A stretch of DNA of 64,000 nt from a virus: IMG/VR virus record IMGVR_UViG_3300007734_000760, positions 1-64,000 of that record, one strand, 5' to 3'. The notes beneath the pieces are model-generated. The model did no database searches. It was not told the DNA's origin and was given only the letters and a program-made list of their open reading frames with translations. Each line of letters begins with the position of its first letter. The stretch's first letter is position 1. A program made the position numbers and the translations under genes. Below are positions 8,714 to 17,678 of this stretch, in pieces.

Positions 8714-9349
8714 TTAATCAAAGATTATATTAAATATTTGTTCTTTTATTTCTTTTTCTCCTATGTCACTATTATATACTACTTTAATAAAAATCTGAGC
8801 GGTATCGTTTTTCATGTATTTACTTAAATATAGATTTTGTTTTGGAGTATAATTATATTTACTGTGAGTACCTAATATTGTTGGAAAATACGGACATTCC
8901 CAACATGCGTGAGAATTAATCTGATAGCCAGCAATATTTAATGGAGGATGAATATTTGATATATCTTTTAAAGTATAAGTATAATTACCGATGGGTATAG
9001 GTGTATTAAATTGTTTATCATTATACCAACCTAAAACAGAATACATAGGTGTTGTGAATTTAATAGTGTCAAATATTACCCAATAATCTGAATCATATGT
9101 TACTTCAATTAAAGGTACTTTATTAATTACATACTCAGAATCAAGTTCTGCTAATTTTCCTTTAATTGAAAAATAATTTACTCCTACCCACTTAACATGA
9201 GTATAATTATTTGCATCTATACTACTTGGAGATGGACCTTCAATCCAAAATTTTGTTTCACACGTTCCATCTAAACATGGATATGGTTTAATTTTTTGTT
9301 TTTCACAACTAATTAGCAATACTATTGCTAAACATAACATTTTTTTCAT
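8714..9349 (-). CDS. Lipoprotein
   Basis: MKKMLCLAIVLLIS-C lipobox. Confidence 0.7.
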   Translation of the reverse strand: MKKMLCLAIVLLISCEKQKIKPYPCLDGTCETKFWIEGPSPSSIDANNYTHVKWVGVNYFSIKGKLAELDSEYVINKVPLIEVTYDSDYWVIFDTIKFTTPMYSVLGWYNDKQFNTPIPIGNYTYTLKDISNIHPPLNIAGYQINSHACWECPYFPTILGTHSKYNYTPKQNLYLSKYMKNDTAQIFIKVVYNSDIGEKEIKEQIFNIIFD

Positions 9350-9369
9350 AACCTTTATTTTTTAATTTA

Positions 9370-9591
9370 TTAATCTACTTTTCTTAAATATTTTAATCGT
9401 TCTTTTACTTCCATTTTTAAATTTTTTATATACAATATATAATAATCATAAGGTAAGTGTTCACTTAAACATAATACTACTAAATTACTAATCATACTAT
9501 TTACAACGGCAATGTGCTCATCAGTAATACTAGTTTTAATTGTTGCTTTTATTTTATCGTAAGCATCAATTATTTTCTTGTGATCGTTCAT
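9370..9591 (-). CDS. Hypothetical protein
   Basis: ORF track, operon packing. Confidence 0.6.
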   Translation of the reverse strand: MNDHKKIIDAYDKIKATIKTSITDEHIAVVNSMISNLVVLCLSEHLPYDYYILYIKNLKMEVKERLKYLRKVD

Positions 9592-9856
9592 TTTCTCGTT
9601 TATTTAATTTTTTTCTTGGATCTACATCATTTACATGTTGTATTCCTATCACTTTTGGTTCTTTTACTATAGTATTAGTATCCCATAAATATATTGGACC
9701 ATTATATTCTATTTCTGTTATACGACGTGGAGCATTAAATGAACGAAAATCTCTAGGTGTTACTCTATACCATATTGTTTTTAATTGTACTTCTAAATTA
9801 TCAGCTTGATTAAAGTCATATTTTAATTTACCTGTATGTCCTCGTTTTTCAGCCAT
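9566..9856 (-). CDS. Hypothetical protein (WYRVTPRDFRSF motif)
   Basis: ORF track. Confidence 0.65.
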   Translation of the reverse strand: MAEKRGHTGKLKYDFNQADNLEVQLKTIWYRVTPRDFRSFNAPRRITEIEYNGPIYLWDTNTIVKEPKVIGIQHVNDVDPRKKLNKRENERSQENN

Positions 9857-9859
9857 ATT

Positions 9860-10117
9860 TTAAAATTTCCAATTTTGTTCATAGTCAGATCTTGTAGGCC
9901 AAATATAATTTTCAGTTGTGACCCAAAATCTTTCTTTCCACACTTCCATTTTTATTCCCTCAAGTAAATCTTTATCACCATATCCGTTTATAGTAGATTG
10001 AGTTAATAATACTATTCCTTTATCTAAAACTTGTTCAGCTTTTTTTAATTGTTCTGTTTTAATTAATTCCCTTGCTTCAAGCCATGTTCTTGTAACAATT
10101 CCTTTTGTTTTTTTCAT
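9860..10117 (-). CDS. Hypothetical protein
   Basis: ORF track. Confidence 0.6.
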   Translation of the reverse strand: MKKTKGIVTRTWLEARELIKTEQLKKAEQVLDKGIVLLTQSTINGYGDKDLLEGIKMEVWKERFWVTTENYIWPTRSDYEQNWKF

Positions 10118-10323
10118 AACTTATTCTTCTTTGCTTTTTTAGCCGCCTTTTTAATTAATATATCTTCCTCTGCTGACGTTAACCATTTTGGGTAATTAGT
10201 AGTTATTTTAAATAATACTTTAGTACCTTTTTCATAATGCCAAATTTGGGTGACATCATGCGCTAATTTATATTCACGTGTGTAGAACTCTTTAGGTTCT
10301 TTAAATTTTACCATAACCTCCAT
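10114..10323 (-). CDS. Hypothetical protein
   Basis: ORF track; first gene after a class I promoter. Confidence 0.6.
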   Translation of the reverse strand: MEVMVKFKEPKEFYTREYKLAHDVTQIWHYEKGTKVLFKITTNYPKWLTSAEEDILIKKAAKKAKKNKL

Positions 10324-10327
10324 TTTG

Positions 10328-10359
10328 TAAATATATAAAAAAGAGTTAGGTAAGCCTAA
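10328..10359 (-). promoter_or_regulatory. Class I promoter
   Basis: TTAGGCTTAC...TATATTTA, 20-nt spacer. Confidence 0.75.
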
Positions 10360-10362
10360 CTT

Positions 10363-10746
10363 TTAAATTATTTTAAATTTACTTGATGCTCTAGGAGCTT
10401 CTTGTTTTGCTTTTTTAAGTGCTTCTTCTTCACTTGATGCTTCAACTTCTATAGTTTCTGGATCTCCACCGTATTGGTCGTAAGTCCAATATCCTACTTT
10501 ATATTTTTGTGTTCTAAATTTATTAGCTCCAGTTGAAGGTTCAACTCCTGCTCGCATTCCTAAATTATCCATAGCTTTTTTAAAATGATCTGGATCATTA
10601 AGAGGACCATCTATAGACGGACCATCATTTTCCCAATATTCATCTTTTTCTAATAAAGCTTTAAAAAGTTGTTCTTTAACTAATTCTTTTAATTCTGATT
10701 TTTTCATATTATTCCAAAAATATTGAGTTTGATATTCGTCGTTCAC
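10363..10746 (-). CDS. Protein with MKKSELKELVKE leader (putative head-packaged protein)
   Basis: Alternative start at 10707; amphipathic leader similar to 11321..11695; class II motif at 10752-10759. Confidence 0.6.
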   Translation of the reverse strand: MNDEYQTQYFWNNMKKSELKELVKEQLFKALLEKDEYWENDGPSIDGPLNDPDHFKKAMDNLGMRAGVEPSTGANKFRTQKYKVGYWTYDQYGGDPETIEVEASSEEEALKKAKQEAPRASSKFKII

Positions 10747-10766
10747 TAATCATAAATATGTTAAGG

Positions 10767-11279
10767 TTATTGTTTCTTTGGTCTTCCTCGTTTTCCATCA
10801 CTAAGTTCACGTTTTGCTAATTTTTCTGCTTCTTTTGCTGCTTTTACAATTGGATCTAACTTTTTACGGCCTCGTTGTCCTCCTGTAGGCACATATGATT
10901 CTTTATATCCTTCAGGATTAATACGTTTACGACCACGTTTACCTTGAGAAGCATTTGGATCTTTAATTTTTTCTTTAATTATAGTTTGTGATTTAGAAAA
11001 ATAATTAACCATTCGTAATTCAAATGGATGTACAATTACTTGATCTAATTCATAATTGTATGTTGCTCCTTCAATGTGTTTTACTTCAAAACCACCATTA
11101 GGAAAATATTTATTTTCACCTGGTTCATAACGTGCTTTTAAAGTAAACACCGTATTATAATCATTATAGTAATTAACGGGTAATACTCTACACCTATCAG
11201 TAAAATTAATAAATTTAGGATCAATATCCTCATAATGTTTACGAGGGGGAGATAAGGTTTTGTCTTCTATAACTTTCAT
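10767..11279 (-). CDS. AT-hook DNA-binding protein
   Basis: Three AT-hook-like motifs: KRGRKR, QRGRKK, KRGRPKK. Confidence 0.65.
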   Translation of the reverse strand: MKVIEDKTLSPPRKHYEDIDPKFINFTDRCRVLPVNYYNDYNTVFTLKARYEPGENKYFPNGGFEVKHIEGATYNYELDQVIVHPFELRMVNYFSKSQTIIKEKIKDPNASQGKRGRKRINPEGYKESYVPTGGQRGRKKLDPIVKAAKEAEKLAKRELSDGKRGRPKKQ

Positions 11280-11285
11280 ATACTT

Positions 11286-11317
11286 TAAATATATGAAATA
11301 AAATTATGGAAGCCAAA
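11286..11317 (-). promoter_or_regulatory. Class I promoter
   Basis: TTTGGCTTCC...TATATTTA, 20-nt spacer. Confidence 0.8.
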
Positions 11318-11320
11318 TTT

Positions 11321-11695
11321 TTATTTTTTCTTATTTGCTTGTAAAGCAGTAAAGTCAGCACCGGTTATTTCATCTTCTGGTGGAGCGGCGGATGCTATTT
11401 TCTTTTGTTTAGGTGAAAGTTGTTTCTTTTCTTCTAATCCAGTTGGTGCTTTTTTGTGTATTAAAAAATTATATACTTCTTCTACATCATCTTTTGATGT
11501 AGCCATATGATCTTCAGCCCAATCATGTCCATCAGATAAAATATCATCAACCATTTGTTTATCTAAATTAAGCATTTCATCAACTGCTTTTTTAATAATT
11601 TTAAGATTTTCAAAAAACATATAGTGTTCTCCATCCTCTTTAAGCACCTTTTTAACTTCTTCGCGGATTAGCTGTCTTAATTCTAGTTTTTTCAT
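11321..11695 (-). CDS. Protein with MKKLELRQLIREE leader (putative head/prohead-core protein)
   Basis: Leader plus YMFFENL...GHDWAEDH and LSPKQKKI...ITGADF motifs. Confidence 0.65.
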   Translation of the reverse strand: MKKLELRQLIREEVKKVLKEDGEHYMFFENLKIIKKAVDEMLNLDKQMVDDILSDGHDWAEDHMATSKDDVEEVYNFLIHKKAPTGLEEKKQLSPKQKKIASAAPPEDEITGADFTALQANKKK

Positions 11696-11832
11696 TTGCC
11701 TTGCCCTTTATACGGTTTTTTGTAATTTTTACTTTTTTTATTTTTACTAGTTTTGGTTTTGGCGTGAACACCTGGACTTTTCTTTTTAAATCTTCCAATA
11801 AAACTATTAATAATATCTTTAAGTTTAGCCAT
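11692..11832 (-). CDS. 46-aa highly basic peptide ending YKGQGK (absent from the ORF track)
   Basis: MAKLKDIINSFIGRFKKKSPGVHAKTKTSKNKKSKNYKKPYKGQGK*; its TGA overlaps the next ATG (ATGA). Confidence 0.75.
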   Translation of the reverse strand: MAKLKDIINSFIGRFKKKSPGVHAKTKTSKNKKSKNYKKPYKGQGK

Positions 11833-11857
11833 AATATTTTAATATACATATGTTATA

Positions 11858-12163
11858 TTATTTAGTTTTAATTAAAGATTTAATAGCTGTGTTAATTTTT
11901 GCACATTCTTCATACATTTCTTTTAATTCAAAATACTCTAAATTTTCTTTTAATGTATCTACAAAGTGGTTGCGTTCTAATGTTATGTCAAATATTGCTT
12001 TTTCATCAGTACAATTTACAGAAAACATATGGATATTTTTTTTCCTAGTCTTTAAATTGTTTAAAATTGAACCTACTATAGCTTTATGAACATTTAAATC
12101 TTTTTTATTTACCATTTCTTGAAAATCTTCAATATTGTTTACTTTAAATTCATTCGGTTTCAT
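11858..12163 (-). CDS. Hypothetical protein with UVR-like C-terminal motif
   Basis: EMYEECAKIN resembles the UVR E.YE.AA..RD motif. Confidence 0.6.
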   Translation of the reverse strand: MKPNEFKVNNIEDFQEMVNKKDLNVHKAIVGSILNNLKTRKKNIHMFSVNCTDEKAIFDITLERNHFVDTLKENLEYFELKEMYEECAKINTAIKSLIKTK

Positions 12164-12165
12164 AA

Positions 12166-12324
12166 TTAAAATAAGTTTAAAAGGTTTGGGTTAATCTTCT
12201 TACTGCGCAACTTTTGCATTTTTTCATCATGCTTGAGTATTTTAGTAGCTATTTTTTCTAAATGATTTGATTTCTTTTTTTCATATTCACGAACAACTTT
12301 ATCATGATTTTTATGTTTATCCAT
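12166..12324 (-). CDS. Small basic hypothetical protein
   Basis: Likely start MDKHK at 12324, downstream of a class II motif at 12331-12338. Confidence 0.55.
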   Translation of the reverse strand: MDKHKNHDKVVREYEKKKSNHLEKIATKILKHDEKMQKLRSKKINPNLLNLF

Positions 12325-12337
12325 CTTATTATAAATA

Positions 12338-12985
12338 TTATATCCTAGAAATAAATTCAGAACCATCATCAGGTTTAGGAATATCATATAATCCTAATTC
12401 CTGTAATCTCTGTAGTTGATAGTTGTCTAATTGAAAATCTACCTCTTTAGATGTATTAGATGTAGGTTCATGTGTTTCTATTTGCCTAATATCATTTTTA
12501 TTAAATATGTCTCCAATATTAAGAAAAAAATGATTATAACATAAAAATCGAATGTTATTTAAATTATAATGATTTGAGTCATTATCTTTAAAATTTAATA
12601 TTAACGGTACCTTATAGTCAGTTACTCGTCGTTCATGAAATCCACACATAGCACATTCTTCTTTTAAATATCCTTCCTCAATCATTTTCTTCTTTATCTT
12701 TTCAGGAGAAAAATGTTTAACAGATATTCGACCTTCAATTACATCTAGTATGTTCCATTCTTTTTTAGAACTACTTTTAGTTAAGAATTTAGGTATTCCT
12801 TTACCTGACTGATTTTTATGTGATTCAAAAAGTGATGGACCGCCTTCTACAGTATGATATCTTTTAGCCCACATTTTATAGTGGATATATGAACAATTTA
12901 AATAACGAGCTGCAGAACGATTTGATTTAGTGTGCCGCATTGCTAAAAGAATTTGTTCTTTAGTTAAGTGCTTTGCTTTAGGCAT
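12338..12985 (-). CDS. HTH + Zn-finger/degenerate HNH protein
   Basis: SNRSAARYLNCSY HTH; CAMCGF; NLNNIRFLCYNH HNH-like C-terminal half. Confidence 0.7.
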   Translation of the reverse strand: MPKAKHLTKEQILLAMRHTKSNRSAARYLNCSYIHYKMWAKRYHTVEGGPSLFESHKNQSGKGIPKFLTKSSSKKEWNILDVIEGRISVKHFSPEKIKKKMIEEGYLKEECAMCGFHERRVTDYKVPLILNFKDNDSNHYNLNNIRFLCYNHFFLNIGDIFNKNDIRQIETHEPTSNTSKEVDFQLDNYQLQRLQELGLYDIPKPDDGSEFISRI

Positions 12986-13317
12986 TATTCTTCTTCTAAT
13001 TTAAAATAATTAGATAAATCTTTTATTTCTCCTTCAATTGGTACTTCTTCAAATTCTTCTTTAACTATTACTTCTTCTTCATCATTTACATCTTCAAATG
13101 GAACACCAGTAAACACAGCTTCCATTTGTTGATATTTAACATAATCATCATGTTCCATAATAACAGTTTCAGTATAAGTATGATCACCTTCTCCTCTCAT
13201 AATTACTACTCCACCTTTTGGTTTAGCGGTTGAACAACTAACACATCTGTTAGTTTTAGGTAAAATTTCTAATCGTTTTGGATGGATTAGTTCTCCACAA
13301 TTAATACAGTTTTTCAT
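12985..13317 (-). CDS. DksA/TraR-type C4 zinc-finger protein with acidic tail
   Basis: CINCGELIHPKRLEILPKTNRCVSC. Confidence 0.8.
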   Translation of the reverse strand: MKNCINCGELIHPKRLEILPKTNRCVSCSTAKPKGGVVIMRGEGDHTYTETVIMEHDDYVKYQQMEAVFTGVPFEDVNDEEEVIVKEEFEEVPIEGEIKDLSNYFKLEEE

Positions 13318-13320
13318 AAC

Positions 13321-13728
13321 TTATTTTTTATTTTGTTTTTCTTTTTCTAACCTAACTATAAAGTCCCATAGTTGGGTAGGAGTGTTTATTATTACTTCTT
13401 CTTTTTCTTTTTTATGTTTAGAAGACAACATTAATGAATAAAGATTACCTTCATCATCTATTCTACCATACACATACCAAAGTATAATTTCGGTTTTCCA
13501 ATCTCCAAAATGTAATGAAATTAAATCTTCAATTAATGAGAAAAAATTTTCTTCATATTCTGCTAAATTAATTTTAAATTTTTCATATAACTCATTTGAT
13601 GCATTCCAATTATTTTCTAATTGAGTGACTAAATCAATAAATTTTTCTTTTTCAGTTAATGGTTTTAATGAACTAGAACGTTTATTAAATTTTAATTGTT
13701 TTCCTAACTTATTTAAATCTATTTTCAT
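13321..13728 (-). CDS. Hypothetical protein
   Basis: ORF track. Confidence 0.65.
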   Translation of the reverse strand: MKIDLNKLGKQLKFNKRSSSLKPLTEKEKFIDLVTQLENNWNASNELYEKFKINLAEYEENFFSLIEDLISLHFGDWKTEIILWYVYGRIDDEGNLYSLMLSSKHKKEKEEVIINTPTQLWDFIVRLEKEKQNKK

Positions 13729-13891
13729 ATGTTTCTATATTATAAAGTGATATAAATAAGCTTACATCTATTTGTTTTCTATTTGTAAAATGTTCTAAAG
13801 CATCTTCATAATTTAAAGCTACTACTTTATCAATAGCTTCTTTTTTAGTATCATTTTTTGAATAAAAGTAATAAGTTTTATACTCTATCAT
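13709..13891 (-). CDS. Hypothetical protein
   Basis: ORF track; follows a class I promoter. Confidence 0.6.
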   Translation of the reverse strand: MIEYKTYYFYSKNDTKKEAIDKVVALNYEDALEHFTNRKQIDVSLFISLYNIETYENRFK

Positions 13892-13903
13892 CTGTAGATT
13901 TTT

Positions 13904-13935
13904 TAAATATACTAATAAATATTATGCTAGCCTAG
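13904..13935 (-). promoter_or_regulatory. Class I promoter
   Basis: CTAGGCTAGC...TATATTTA, 20-nt spacer. Confidence 0.65.
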
Positions 13936-14684
13936 ATAAATTTTAAATTATTTTGAGGATTATGTTTTATATATGAACCCCATTTATACTTTGCGTATTC
14001 ATGACCATTCATTTCAGCTTGTTTTCTTTTTTCTCCATTTATAGATATTGAAGCAAAGTGATAAAAACAGCATTCATATATTCTATACATATTCATTCCT
14101 GATAACTGACATTTAAGGAAAAAATCCCAATCTGCTACCATTCCTTGTTCATAATTTTCATCCCATCCTCCTACTTTTAAATAATCTATTTTAGACATAA
14201 AAATAGGTAATGTAGAACCAGTTTCATCTTTTTTAGGCATTAAATTTATATATTCCTCCCAGAATGTATCTAAATTAAACATTTTTGGATCACGTCCAAA
14301 ATCCTTAATAACAAATTGAGGAAACATACTAGGTGTAGGTTCTACTTGATTAGGTGATATAACTGAATTTGGTTGATAACTTTTGTTTAATATATCATCC
14401 CATTTGTGTGGGAACACATTATCATCATTTACTATGAGTATCAATTCATATTTTGCGTTATAAACGCCTAAATTGGTTGCTCGACAAAGTCCTACATTTT
14501 CTTCTAAATTAAGTATATCAATTGATTTAGCGTGTTTTTCCAATATTTCTTTATTAATATCATAAAAACCATCTACCACTACTATAATTTGATTTTCTTC
14601 TATTTGACCTTGAATAGCTGAACGAAGACATAAATCAAGTGCTTCGGGTGATTGGTAAGTTGGAATAATAACACTACATTTCAT
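13932..14684 (-). CDS. Glycosyltransferase family 2
   Basis: SVIIPTY, IIVVVDG, NLGVYNAKYELILIVNDD, GGWDE, ADWDF. Confidence 0.9.
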   Translation of the reverse strand: MKCSVIIPTYQSPEALDLCLRSAIQGQIEENQIIVVVDGFYDINKEILEKHAKSIDILNLEENVGLCRATNLGVYNAKYELILIVNDDNVFPHKWDDILNKSYQPNSVISPNQVEPTPSMFPQFVIKDFGRDPKMFNLDTFWEEYINLMPKKDETGSTLPIFMSKIDYLKVGGWDENYEQGMVADWDFFLKCQLSGMNMYRIYECCFYHFASISINGEKRKQAEMNGHEYAKYKWGSYIKHNPQNNLKFI

Positions 14685-15351
14685 TTATTTTATTTTTAAA
14701 TTTCCAAATAAATCCCCCTGAGGTTTTGCTTAAGTTTTTTAAACAGTTGGATATACTTGGTTGGTTAATATTTAATATTTGGCTAGCTTCAGTTTGGCTA
14801 ACCCACTCTTTAATGAAGTTATTTTTTAAATCATATTGAATAATTGGTTTTTGTAACTTTTCTTTTATTTTTTTATTCCTTTCAGGGGTGATTTCACCTT
14901 TTTTTCTATTTTTATATTGGAGACTTTGTTTTACTTCTTCAGAATGTATTCTTCCTAAATTATATTTATTACCCATTTTAGATTGGCTAATTTTTTGTTT
15001 TACTTCTTGGCTTAGTTTTCTTCCTGTTGCTTTTAATCGTATTATATTTTTTGTTTCTTCAGTGTGTTTTCCATTACTACCCCCTCCATTAGTTAAATTC
15101 ATTCCTTCATTTAAACTATTATAAAAATCAATCCAATATATTTCTCGTTCGTTTAGTTGTTCAATAAGACATTCTTCTATAATTTCAAATATGTGATTTT
15201 TAGGACTATATTTTTTAAGTGAATTATATATGTGTCTTCCCATTCCTGTTTTTTGAATATTTTGATATTGATTCCATCTTTTTTTAATGTTTACACTTTG
15301 ACCAATATATATTTTACCACTAGGATTTGTTATTTTGTAAATTCCTACCAT
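14674..15351 (-). mobile_element. Free-standing GIY-YIG homing endonuclease (NUMOD3/NUMOD1-type C-terminus)
   Basis: GIYKITN...YIGQS..R; repeated HTEETK/LSQEVKQKIS/HSEEVK; KPIIQYDL...EAS...GGFIWKF. Confidence 0.9.
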
Positions 15352-15404
15352 ATGTTATTTTATTATACATATTAGAAGGAATGGGAATTATTACTGATAT
15401 CATA

Positions 15405-16094
15405 TTAGTTATTTATTTGTTTCCAATTAATAGTTGGACTTAATAGTCCATCCATACAGTGTGTTGATAAACCAGGCATTGGAGTTAATATAAATCTTTC
15501 TTTATGTTCATTAAGATAAAGCCATTTATTATGATCTCCAATTACTTTAGTGTGTATGTCATAATCTTCTAAAAATATTTTTTTAGGAACAACATATGAA
15601 CCACAAGTGCTAGGAGTAGTTCTCCAATGATGAGTTTCAGTAACAATTATTTTTGAAGATAAATCATCATATAATGGTAAAAAATATTTATCATTATGAT
15701 CGTATAAACTAGTATATCCTAAATTTGAAAATGTATTATATAATTCATGTATTTTTTCAACCCAATTATTTAAATGTAAATAATCATTTTCAAGAAAATA
15801 AAATAAATCTTTATCTTCCATATTTTTAGATAAATCTTTAGCTATTTTATACATTTCCATAGCTGCACTTTCCATTGTACCACCTTGTATTTCATGAAGG
15901 GTGTAAAAGTTTTTATAACTATTTATCCAATTTTGATCTACTCTACCTCGAGTCACATCATATACAACATGAATTTCTACTTCTGATGCTGTTAGGATTA
16001 AATTTTTAAAACACTTTTCAAAATCAAACCATTGAGGTCTCATTTTATAATCTGTTCCAGACACATTTAAGTGACTATATAATATTTTTATCAT
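15405..16094 (-). CDS. GT-A fold glycosyltransferase-like protein
   Basis: YFLENDYLH DxD-like motif; cluster context. Confidence 0.65.
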   Translation of the reverse strand: MIKILYSHLNVSGTDYKMRPQWFDFEKCFKNLILTASEVEIHVVYDVTRGRVDQNWINSYKNFYTLHEIQGGTMESAAMEMYKIAKDLSKNMEDKDLFYFLENDYLHLNNWVEKIHELYNTFSNLGYTSLYDHNDKYFLPLYDDLSSKIIVTETHHWRTTPSTCGSYVVPKKIFLEDYDIHTKVIGDHNKWLYLNEHKERFILTPMPGLSTHCMDGLLSPTINWKQINN

Positions 16095-16855
16095 TTTGTT
16101 ACAGGTTTATAAATATATGGGTTTGGATAACCACGATTAATAAAATCTTGTTCTAACATATCTGTATATCTAAAATGACAAGACCATCTAATAGAATCAT
16201 CTAATATGTCTCCTGATTTATGTACTAACATAGTTGAAAATATTACTATGTCTCCTACTTCTAATTCAGGTTGAATTGATTCTCCTTTATATTCTACTTG
16301 AGCAAATCCTCCATTTGTTTTAAAAGGTAATACTCCATTTTTATGAGAACCAGGATAAATAATTATACTTCCATTTTTTATATTTGCATCAACTAATGGA
16401 ACCCATATTACTAATGAATTAAGAGATGCTTCCATTGATGACCAATCTTGATGATTTGGTGTTTTATAATATACTTCTTCTTTAGCTAGTTCAGGATGAT
16501 TAAAAAATAAAACAGGTCTAGTACACATATTAGGAAACTCAATTCCTAATTCTTCTAAATATGTTATTAACTCAGGATCTGATGCTAGTTGATATAATGG
16601 AATTAATCCAGTTTGAATTAATTTTCCACAGTTTTTAAAAATTTCTTCATGTTCATTAAATAAACGAACCATATTGTCTTTAAATTCTTCTTTATATCCA
16701 AACGTATCAAATTGAATTTGAAAAATAGCTTCTGCTGATTTTCTTATGTTTGTGACAAAGTCTTTGTTAAGAAATTTTTTAAAAATTACATAACCATCTT
16801 TATCTAATTGGCTGCGTAGCATATCCAATCCCTGTTTTTCCGAAGTTGTTTCCAT
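16091..16855 (-). CDS. PhyH-family Fe(II)/2OG dioxygenase
   Basis: DGYVI, HQD, WVPL.D....NG....PGSH, GD...FS...VH. Confidence 0.9.
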   Translation of the reverse strand: METTSEKQGLDMLRSQLDKDGYVIFKKFLNKDFVTNIRKSAEAIFQIQFDTFGYKEEFKDNMVRLFNEHEEIFKNCGKLIQTGLIPLYQLASDPELITYLEELGIEFPNMCTRPVLFFNHPELAKEEVYYKTPNHQDWSSMEASLNSLVIWVPLVDANIKNGSIIIYPGSHKNGVLPFKTNGGFAQVEYKGESIQPELEVGDIVIFSTMLVHKSGDILDDSIRWSCHFRYTDMLEQDFINRGYPNPYIYKPVTK

Positions 16856-17678
16856 TGTAAAACATTATTAAATTATTATTTTCTTTTATTATATATGGGT
16901 AAGCTACCATTTCTGAGTCCCATCCTTCTTGAGATATATCTAAATCAACATTTTTATCTCTAATCCATTTATCTCCTATTAATGTAGCGGTTTTAATTTT
17001 ATAAGATTCTTTTGGATTATTCCTATAATATACTTTACCTCTAACTGAAAACCAAGCTTTATTATCTATTTTTTGAAAAGACGCTATTCCTCCTTCATTT
17101 TCTTCTAACGGAATAATTATTTTATTAGTTGGTATCCAATCTATTCCATTACTTGAAGTGGCTGATTTAATATCATAAATTGGTTCTAAATTTTCAGTCC
17201 ATTCTCTACATGATAAATAATACATTGTCCATTTGTTATTTTCTTTAAATACTTTAGCTGTACCAATAAAACCTGGTTCTAAATAACTAGAATTAAAAAT
17301 AGGTCCATCAGACATTTTTTTCCAATTAACTCCATTATCTTTACTTATTGCTAAACCTAATGTATTATGAAATGGTACATCTTTTCTTAATGACCAACCT
17401 ATATAATAAAGATATTTAGTTCCATCTTCTAAAGTTACAATGTCTGTAGGCATAACTCCATAATGATCAAACATTCCGGGTTTGCCTAAAGGAATATTAA
17501 TTTCAATGGGATGAAGATATTGTTTTAAATTATCTTTAAAAACTGAAATAGACATAGGAATGCTACATCCGTTTTTATTTCTAGTTGAATAGTATATTTT
17601 ATATGTATCAAAATAAACATCTACAACTGGGAGTTGAGCATGATGTTCATTAAATATATTTCCATGCTTTATCCACAT
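16800..17678 (-). CDS. Five-bladed beta-propeller glycoside hydrolase-like protein (GH32/43 clan)
   Basis: GMFD..GV, YLYYIGW, GLAISKDNG..W, SSNGIDW, WDSEMVAYP..MFYNGN.FG; probable start MWIKHG at 17678. Confidence 0.75.
   Translation of the reverse strand: MWIKHGNIFNEHHAQLPVVDVYFDTYKIYYSTRNKNGCSIPMSISVFKDNLKQYLHPIEINIPLGKPGMFDHYGVMPTDIVTLEDGTKYLYYIGWSLRKDVPFHNTLGLAISKDNGVNWKKMSDGPIFNSSYLEPGFIGTAKVFKENNKWTMYYLSCREWTENLEPIYDIKSATSSNGIDWIPTNKIIIPLEENEGGIASFQKIDNKAWFSVRGKVYYRNNPKESYKIKTATLIGDKWIRDKNVDLDISQEGWDSEMVAYPYIIKENNNLIMFYNGNNFGKTGIGYATQPIR

Noticed and set aside
11652-11849. 65-aa ORF from the track
   Set aside because: The other frame, 11692..11832, has a cleaner start context and ATGA coupling with the next gene
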